The notes beneath the pieces are model-generated. The model saw only the letters and a program-made list of their open reading frames with translations. It made no database searches and was not told where the DNA came from. 64,000 nucleotides of DNA from Octopus vulgaris. Taxonomy: Eukaryota. The number at the start of each line of letters is the position of its first letter. The stretch's first letter is position 1. The stretch is taken from NCBI GenBank assembly GCA_951406725.2, contig OX597818.1:111910001-111974000 (forward strand), written 5' to 3'. Both the position numbers and the translations under genes were made by a program. Shown here piece after piece: positions 53,618 through 64,000 of the stretch.

Positions 53618-54430
53618 CATAATAAACCTAAACCATGAGAGCATCTCCTGACAGAAGAGGGACACCATAGGTAGGAGGCCCAACATGCAAACCTACTGTC
53701 CCTAGATTCCTTTATTTCTCACGTAGACAAAAAAGACAGAAAGACATTTAAAAACCGGAGAGAAAAATGAAGGATGTGTCTCTATCGCTGGCGACAATGA
53801 TAATAATTGATGACAGCGCTAATGAGTTTCAGCGCAAATTATATATGACGCACAGTTGTAAGGAATTGTGGTCTTTCTCCTCGGTTGTCTGCACATTGGT
53901 TATTCCTTTCTGTGTATGTATATATGTACGTATCTATGTATGCATGCATGTATGTATGTATGTATGTATGTATGTATGTATGTATGTATGTATGTATGTA
54001 TGTATGTGTGTATGTATGTATGTACGTACTACGTATGTATGTATGCATGTATGTATGTATGTATGTATGTATGTATGTATGTATGTGTGTATGTATGTAC
54101 GTATGTAAGTACGTATGTATGTATGTATGTATGTATGTATGTATGTATTTACGTATGTATGTATGTATGTATGTATGTATGTATGTATGTATGTATGTAT
54201 GTATGTACGTATGTACGTAAGTATGTATGTATGTATGTATGTGTGTATGTATGTATGTATGTATGTATGTACGTATGTATGTATGCATGTGTGTGTGTAT
54301 GTATGTATGTATACAATATCACACATGTTGATGCTTATACTTTGCATGACAAATACAAAGATCGTGGGTTCTCGCCTCTGCTTGTAGCTGTCTTTCCCGC
54401 ATTTAAAACGTGACTACCTTAATGAAATAC

Positions 54431-54502
<72 letters not shown>

Positions 54503-54509
<7 letters not shown>

Positions 54510-54732
54510 CCCGCGCTATATCATAGTTCACCTATCGCAATTTATTATTTAAGCTTACGTCGATTCCTCTGTTGTGTTGTTTTTCATTAGTAATAAAATA
54601 AATATATATAAAAATAATATATATATATATACACACACAATACAGTACTGTTTCTACTTCGCGGATTTCTACCTATCGCGGGGTGTTTTGGAATGTAACA
54701 CACGCGATGGTAGAGAGATTCCTGGATTACTG
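54503..54732. mobile_element. Tigger/pogo-like MITE
   Basis: TIRs cagtaatcc / ggattactg and subterminal acctatcgc repeats; TA TSD not cleanly preserved. Confidence 0.7.
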
Positions 54733-54798
54733 CATATACGTTTATGTATATGTGTTAGTATGAATTTGAAATTTTCAGTTTGACGCACTCCCATACGC

Positions 54799-54835
<37 letters not shown>

Positions 54836-55075
54836 CTCGACATCAAGTGCACAGTTCGTTTTGTTTCTTTTCCACACTGAAGTATCGCTGCACAAAAAGA
54901 GGAGAGAAAATCATACACACATATACACACACACACTCACACACACACACACACACACACCATCACACACTGAGTTGGAAATATGAAACCGATATACAAT
55001 GAGCGATTAAACACATACATATACATACAAGTATACACATCTGCGTACATACACACTCACACACACAGACACACA

Positions 55076-55118
<43 letters not shown>

Positions 55119-55734
55119 GTTGTCACACATGTACAAGTATATATTCATTCACGTGCATACTTAAAAATATGAAAATAAAGAATAAAATATATATACATAT
55201 ATATATATACGTGCCTATGTGTTTGTTTAAAGATATTTATGTACATTAACATATCGTTTTGTTATCGCTAGAACGTTGTTTATCCCTGATATTTCCTCTC
55301 AGTCCACACCAGTTGCTGCTGTATATCAGCCATTTCATTCTCTGCTGTATGAACCGGTGTATTTTCTGCGGTATAAATTCGTCAATAGTCACTCTAGTGA
55401 CATTCGTCCCCTCCCCCACCTCACCAGTTCGATCTATCCAAATTTACCAACGAATTATATCAATATATTTATCATTGAATCTAAATATCATTATTTTTCA
55501 GTCGATTTTTATCATTTTCTGTCCTTCCTTATAGGTGTGTATACGTTTACAAACACATACACACGAACTATATTGGTATCGATATATACAAATATATGTG
55601 TATACATGTTCGTATAGGCAAATTCGTATCTGAGCCATCACAGCGGGACACACACAAAAAAGGGCAGTTCCGTTATAACTGGTTCAAAACGATACAGAAA
55701 AAAAGCCAATTGCACCGAAAGACTATAAAACACA

Positions 55735-55811
55735 GGTCGATTTGTCCGACTAAAGGCGGTGCTCCAAAATGGCCGTAGTCAATTGACTGAAAGAAGCAAA
55801 GCTATAAAAGA

Positions 55812-55812
<1 letters not shown>
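55735..55812 (+). mobile_element. SINE family A tail fragment
   Basis: ggtcgatttgtccgactaaaggcggtgctcc...gactgaaa. Confidence 0.75.
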
Positions 55813-55848
<36 letters not shown>

Positions 55849-55922
55849 CACACATATATACATACACATATAGTATATATATATATATATATATATACAT
55901 ATATGTTTATATACATATATTG

Positions 55923-55963
<41 letters not shown>

Positions 55964-56208
55964 CATACATACATACACACACACACATATATATATGTAT
56001 GTATATTTACTTAAATACGTTTTTATACATTTATATACAAATATAGATATATACCGGTATCTATGCATCTATACATCGGTGCACGTGTATATACATACAT
56101 ACATATAGGTATACATCTGTATGTATACAAACATGCATGTAGCTATAGATATATATGTATACATACAGATATATATATACATACATATATATTCATATAT
56201 ATATATAC

Positions 56209-56280
<72 letters not shown>

Positions 56281-56735
56281 GTCTGTCTTTCTATCTATGT
56301 ATCTATCTATATATATATATACATATAACCATATGATAGGCATGTAAAATTACAAGCTAACATAGTAACACAGATAGGGTTACTCACAAATACTCACAAA
56401 TACACCCAAGCACATACAGAAACGAATTAAAAGGCAGGTGTATACAGGTAGAATTAATCATCCACAATCTGCCCTTGCCAATGTACTGTACATGGAATAT
56501 ATATAAAGTGTAAATGTATGTATATATATATAAATGTGTGTGTGTGTGTGTGTATGTGTATGTCTTTCCTTGTCTGGATATATGCGTGTGTGTGTATGTG
56601 TGTATGTGCTCATGCAGATATGTCCACAGGTGTATGTGTAATTATATGCCTTTAAATACATTCATTTGCAATTAAGCTTATTCCATTTAGGACCATTTAT
56701 ACACTTTCAAATAGCACCGCTATGTACACACCCTT

Positions 56736-56770
<35 letters not shown>

Positions 56771-56863
56771 AGAACATGTATTAAAATACGTACATATATT
56801 ATGTAATACATATATACATGTATATGCAGACATATATATGCGTATGCATATACATACATAGAT

Positions 56864-57003
<140 letters not shown>

Positions 57004-57350
57004 TAAGTTAGGCATGGCCTGGGCTTTACTGGCTGAAACCTAGCAAAGTAAATACTTATAATAAAAATTATATTTGCATGAAATATACCCGCTATGGATC
57101 CGGGACACCATCGTTCAACACGTGTAATAAGGCCCCATCTTATACACACTCCGACACGTAGACACACACACACACACACAAACATACATACACTCACATA
57201 TGCCTACATATATATGTATGTATATATCTGTATTATATATATATATATCATATATATATACATATATACATACTTACATATATACATATATACATATATA
57301 TATTTATATGTATATATATATTTATATATATATATATATACACACACACA

Positions 57351-57438
<88 letters not shown>

Positions 57439-58074
57439 AATATACACACATACAGAGGGACAAAAAGGCATATAAATATATTGTATGTCGATGAAAACAC
57501 TGAATGTGAAAATGAAAGTGAAAGTAAAAGAGAGAGAAAAGGGGAGAGAGAGAGAGAGGAGATAATAGTGAAACCGCTTTCTAAGACTAACTATTACGTA
57601 TGTATAGTGAAAGCCAAATCATTTGCATATGATCACTTGTTACATTCCTTTATTAGTATAAATATAAACTTGTATAAATTCGTACCTGTACAGTTTCATA
57701 GACGAAAATATAACTTGCATACTGTCACTCGTACTTCCATTCCCGTATACACATCAATAATATATGCGTACCTGTGTTTTTGTGTACGTACGTAGATGTG
57801 TAATTGAGGTTAATTTTTTGAAAGCAATCCTAAGCAAAATAACAGAATATTTAGCTTTTGGAGGAGTGAATGCCGAGAGTGAATTTGTAGGGAATAGATT
57901 TAAATCGACTGATGGTTTACGTTTCGTTTGACGGCTCATTCAGCCAACATAATACAATGAACCGCTAGGGGACCGATTCGAAGTCCCAATATTCATACGA
58001 TTTCTACTGTATATATATATATATATATAGACAAACATGCATCCATACATACCCACACATATATTTATATATAG

Positions 58075-58149
<75 letters not shown>

Positions 58150-58576
58150 GTTAAAGCTTTGTTATTATTTTCAGTTACGAGTTTACATCACCAGTCAGAT
58201 GAGTTACGCTATACGTTTTTAGAGTGCAAATCTATTTTTCCTAAACAATTATTTTGTTGATAGTGACTTCGAAGTTCCGTCTATTTACGACATCATCGGA
58301 TATATAGATAGATTCATAGATTGAAAAATACATAGACAGATAGACAGGTAGATACATAGATAGATAGGTAGGTGGGTAGATAGAAAGAAAAAGATAGATA
58401 AATAGAAAATGAATAGATTGATAGACAGACCGATAGATACATATAGATATATAGTTAGATACATGAAGGTATATAACATGCTGCTATCATTTATAGTTTG
58501 AACACAGGGTCTTAGACCAAATCTCTTATTTGGTAATTATATCTCCGAAATGTATACACTTATATATGAAAGTATA

Positions 58577-58656
<80 letters not shown>

Positions 58657-58862
58657 CTGGCGTCTAAAGAGTCTTTAGAATAAGAAATATCTTCAATGAA
58701 GGAGCGAATTACTATAAAATTTCAAGGAGAAATCAGAGTATTACGAAATCGACAAATAAATAAATGAGTGCATAACCGAAAGTACGGTAACAACGGGAGA
58801 TAAGTCACTACGCTATGAGTGTGTGTACATAGGAAGCTCTCTCAAGGTGTATGTGTATATAT

Positions 58863-58899
<37 letters not shown>

Positions 58900-58957
58900 A
58901 ATATACGTACATACATATATACATGTATCTATATACACACACATATACATACATACA

Positions 58958-59039
<82 letters not shown>

Positions 59040-59212
59040 GAGAGAGAGAGAGAGAGCGCGAAAGATAGAGATAGATATATATGTATGTATATAAATATAT
59101 GAATATATATGTATATATACAATTATATGTATATATATGTATATATGTATATATATATATACATCTATTTATCTATCTATACACATGTATACAATGCATA
59201 CATATATATGTA

Positions 59213-59277
<65 letters not shown>

Positions 59278-59576
59278 GCTTATCAATTCGTTACACATCA
59301 TGGTTGTATGCGCGCATATATACACAAACAAACAAACAAACTCACATATGACACTAATATATACGTGAGTGTGTGCATATGTATATATACATATATGAAT
59401 ATATACATATATATATATACACACACATACACGCACACAATATATATGGAAATACACTCATACATAAAATGATTTTCGTGTCACATGCATTCATTTTAGT
59501 CCGCACAAATATTAGTGCAGTAATATGCTTAGCTATATGTACATACCTATAGACAATCACAGCCCGAATATGTATG

Positions 59577-59630
<54 letters not shown>

Positions 59631-61039
59631 TACGCATACGGCGATATAAAAGCGTTTCTGGAAACATGCGTTCGCTCCCATGTAGGGAATGGAACTTGGC
59701 ATGTGCCAAGACACACGTGCGTGGAAATAGTAGCAAAGAATGGCGACGGATAAATGAAAGAAAGGAGAAAAAATGTATGGAACTCCAGGAATATTCAGTA
59801 ACATGCCCACTTACCATTCCAGAAATTCGGTGTTCATGTCCTGCTAGTTACAAATGGAATTTTGCTGTGGTGCTTCCATATCTCCTCCGAATATTTTCGT
59901 TTGTTCTCCTTTTCACTCACTTCCTTTTGTTTTTCTTTCGCTTTTTAATTTCCCTTTCTTTCTTTTTTTTTTCCTAATGGAATGTTTGGCACAGAGATGT
60001 ATAAATTTCGATAATATGGGTATGCAGGTATATATATGTATATATATATTTAGGTACCTATATATGTAAATAGATACGTATATATATGCGTGTATATATG
60101 TATGTATTTCGTTTTGTACTTATCTACGTATAGATTGAAACAGACAGATAGACAGATAATTGATAGATTGGTAAATAGAATATGGTCATATAGATGAATG
60201 ATACGTTCTGAGGATATATATCTACATGTGTGTGTGTTGTATATATATATATATATATATATACTTACAGAGATGATATATTAGAGAGATAGAAGAAGAT
60301 AGAAGAACGAGAAAGATAGAGAGATACAGAATCGGAGGCAGAAAGAAAAGTATACGTTTAAAATTTGAATATATATGTATTTCTATTATTGAAGGTGTGT
60401 TTAACCAAAATTATATATCAACAAAGATATATATATTTATTTATTTAATGTCGATATAAGGCCAGTTGTATTCAGCATTATTTCTCTATAAATATCGTTA
60501 CATATAGATTAAGATATAAACACTTATATGTTATGTTTATCTCTCTTTTTAGATATCGCTGCCTCTCTGGGAGATGGTCTTTGAATAATATATGTAGAGA
60601 TATTTATCTAAGTTCGTTTACACACATATATATATGTGTATATATGCGTGCGTGTATTTCTATGTATGTACGTGTAGGCATGTTGATATATGCCCGTATT
60701 TATAAATGTTGGTATTTGTGTAAATATATGTTTCTGGGTGTCTTTGTGTTGTGTTGTTTGTGTGTGATTTTGGTTTTTTTTTTTTTTTGTAGTGGTTTAC
60801 GTTATTATGCTTTGTTATGGTTTTTCTTTTCTTTTCATCTTTGATATTTTTTTCGTTTTTTTTTTGTTGTCTTTTTTGTCGAATTTCTTATTTTTTTTCT
60901 TAAAAGACAACGTAATTGAAGTCGTGTATTTTTGTTTGTGTAAGGCCGCCGCCAGTTGGAAACACGACGGCGGTTGGTGTTGTAAATAACTGGTTCGCGA
61001 TGCTGGATTTTCGACGTTGACTAAAACACACTTCGAACA

Positions 61040-61077
61040 ACAACAACCACCGCCACAACACCGATAACGGCAGCATC

Positions 61078-61108
<31 letters not shown>

Positions 61109-62334
61109 GCTGCAGCAGCAGCAGCAGTTTTTCAGAGCAGCAGTAGCTGTAATAGCAGCAGTTGTAGTAACAAGAGCAGCAGCAGCATCCGCAGCAGCAG
61201 TAAAAACAACACTGGCTGCAGCAGCATCAACGCTTAAGAACTGGCATGATTATAATAGGGGAAGACAGCCAGAGAGCAGCGCTGGTAATAACATCAGTTC
61301 TCCATCTCTATCTACTGTAGCATCACTTGCCAGTGAAGGAGTGGCGGTATGAGGTTTATTTTAACAAGGAGGAGGAGGAGGAGGAGGGGGAGATGCAAGC
61401 AACAGCAACGCCTGTAGTGTGATGGTGAGGGTGTCGACGATGGCGGTGTTTGTGGTGGTGGTGGTGGTGGTGGTGGTGGTGATTACGATGACAGCGAGAG
61501 GTAGTTAATAGAGGCGGCAATGGCGGTGGAGGCGTGGGTACTTTTTAGTGATGGGGGCGACGACGATGATGTGGATGAGGATGATGATGATGCTGATGCT
61601 GATGAGGGTGATGTGGATGGTGGTGGTGTAGGTGACGGGGCTGGTGATGGCGTTGACGATGATGATAATGATGAGGATGGTGGTGGTGATGGTGGTGGTG
61701 GTGATGTTGATGATGATGATGATGATGATGATGATGAGGAAGCTGGTAGTGGTGATGATGTTGATGTTGATGATGATGATGATGATGAGGATAGTGGTGG
61801 TGATGATGATAGTGGTTGTGGTGGTGGTGCTGCTGCTGATGATGATGAAGATGGTGTTGGTCGTGTCGGTATGTGGTATTTGTGGCGGGGGGGGGGGGGG
61901 GGAAATAATGGAGATGGCGGCGGTGATGGTGATGGTGGTGGTGGTGGAGGTGACATACATGAAATTTTAGGCGTCGGTTGTTCGGCGGTATTGGCTTTAA
62001 TGATGATGCTGGCAATAGCTATAACACTGGCAGCAGCAGCAGTATCAGCAGCAGTAATGGCTTGCAAGGACGACACCATCAGCAGCAGCATCTGCAACAA
62101 CAACGACAACAACAGCAATAGCAACATACCGACATTGACATCATCACCATCATCATCATCAGGACAAGCAGCAGCGGCAGCAGCAGCAGCAGCAGCAGCG
62201 ACAGCTACAGTTGCAGAAACAACACCGCCATCATCACCAACATCACAACCACCACAAACAACAACTACTACTACTACTACTGCTGCTGCTGTTGCTGCTG
62301 CTGCTCCTACTACTACTAATACTACTACTATCAC

Positions 62335-62387
<53 letters not shown>

Positions 62388-62440
62388 ACTACTACTACCA
62401 CCACCATTACTAATACTACTACTACTACTACCACCACCAT

Positions 62441-62495
<55 letters not shown>

Positions 62496-62515
62496 ACTAC
62501 TACTACTACCACCAT

Positions 62516-62587
<72 letters not shown>

Positions 62588-63706
62588 AGCAGCGGATATT
62601 GTATTAGTAGCAGTAGTTCCAACAGCAATAGGAGCTGCACTAGCATCATTGTATATATATATATATATATATACAGTAGCCGCCTCAGCAGCAGCAGTAG
62701 TAGTAGTAGTAGCAGTATGAGCAGCAGCAGCAGCAGCGGCTGGAGAAGATGCAAGAAGCATGAGTACAGCATCAGCAACATTAGTTTGGTATTGTGTGGT
62801 GGTGTGGTTGGTGTGGTGTGGTGTGTCTTGCTAGTGTCTCCGCGAACAGTGCATTCGTCACGATTTGCACCTTGTTCGATGTGAGGCCGGCTATTGACAC
62901 GACGCACATCCATTATATTTGACAGTGATCCGGGGGGCCACGGTATCTGAGACCATCGCATCGGTGAAAGGGGGAAAGGATTGGAGAGTGCAGGATAGAG
63001 TGGAGGCGGCGGCGGTGGCGGTGAGGATGATGAGTGTGATGATGTGGATGATGTGGTTCATGAGAATGATGCTGGTGGTGGTGATGATGATGATGATGAT
63101 GAAGATGATGATGATGATGATGGGGATGATGAGGATGGTGGTGGTGGTGATGATGTTGATGAAGATGATGATGAGGGTGATGAGATGGTGGTGGTGGTGG
63201 GGGGGTGATGACGATGACGATAATGATGATGATGATGAGGGTGATGAGATGGTGGTGGTGGTGGTGATGACGATGACGATAATGATGATGATGATGATGA
63301 TCATCATCATCATCATCATCATGAGGATGGTGGTGATGGTGATGGCGGTGATGATGTGGGTGTTGGTGTGGATGATGAGAATGGTAGTAGTGGTGGTGGT
63401 GGTGATGATGATGATGATGATGATGGGATGGTGGTGGTGAAAATGTCGATAATATTGATAATGGGAAAGATGGTCAAAGTGATAGTATTGGTGGTGAAAA
63501 TGATGAAGTTGATAACAATGGTGATATAACTACAACCACCACTGCCGCTGCTGCGGCCACTACTGCTACTGATAATAATAATAAGGATAACAACAAGAAT
63601 AATAATACAAATTATCATTATCATTATTACTGTCGTTATCATTCTTTTTGTTCTTAGTTCTTCTACTCATTATTATTATTATTAATATTATTATTATTAT
63701 CATTAA

Positions 63707-63784
<78 letters not shown>

Positions 63785-64000
63785 CATAACTTTCATCACC
63801 ATCTACGATTTTGCATTTCATCCTTCCGAGTTGATAAGTACCAGCTGAATACTGGAGTCGATGTAATCGAATCATCCCTTCCTACCACAGTTTCAGAGTC
63901 GTCGTCCTTTTCTTCTTCTTCTTCTTCTTCTTCTTCTTCTTCTTCTTCTTCTTCTTCTTCTTCTTCTTCTTCTTCTTCTTCTTCTTCTTCTTCTTCTTCT
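61040..64000. repeat. Mosaic of trinucleotide repeats (CAG, CAA, GAT, GGT, CTA, ATT, CTT) with short unique islands and a partial SINE B at about 63805-63895
   Basis: Directly visible; produces long stop-free low-complexity ORFs on both strands. Confidence 0.92.

Noticed and set aside
55290-55360. Candidate plus-strand exon (ctctcag|TCCACACC...CCG|gtgtat)
   Set aside because: Weak donor, unrecognisable peptide and no partner exons.
61483-62761. Long ORFs (283-297 aa) rich in D/G/A/T/S/H runs
   Set aside because: Open in several frames on both strands because triplet repeats lack stops; no recognisable domain or splice structure.

Overview
This is eukaryotic, very microsatellite-rich DNA from an intergenic region or large intron. 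The repeat families look like those of a coleoid cephalopod, most likely Octopus; that call comes from recognition, not a database search. I find no intact protein-coding gene, rRNA, true tRNA or CRISPR array, and nearly all ORFs in the track are translations of simple repeats. The window is a mosaic of several tRNA-derived SINE families (labelled A, B and C here), decayed non-LTR retrotransposon fragments (R4/Dong-like, CR1-like, RTE-like), hAT- and Tigger-like MITEs, Penelope-like fold-back mini-elements, a probable GPCR relic and a few GC/CpG-rich unique islands. The main observations are: (1) minimal hammerhead-ribozyme motifs in the loops of fold-back elements, with the inverted arms starting at the predicted cleavage site (10.5 kb and 11.1 kb); (2) a 382-bp apparently perfect inverted repeat around an internally deleted, in-frame Dong/R4 mini-ORF (44.4-45.8 kb); (3) SINE B arrays apparently built by insertion into its own family at one fixed position; (4) a shared SINE-LINE 3' tail; (5) telomere-type repeats inside the TSD at a SINE 5' junction. 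All alignments and folds were done by eye, so boundaries are approximate.
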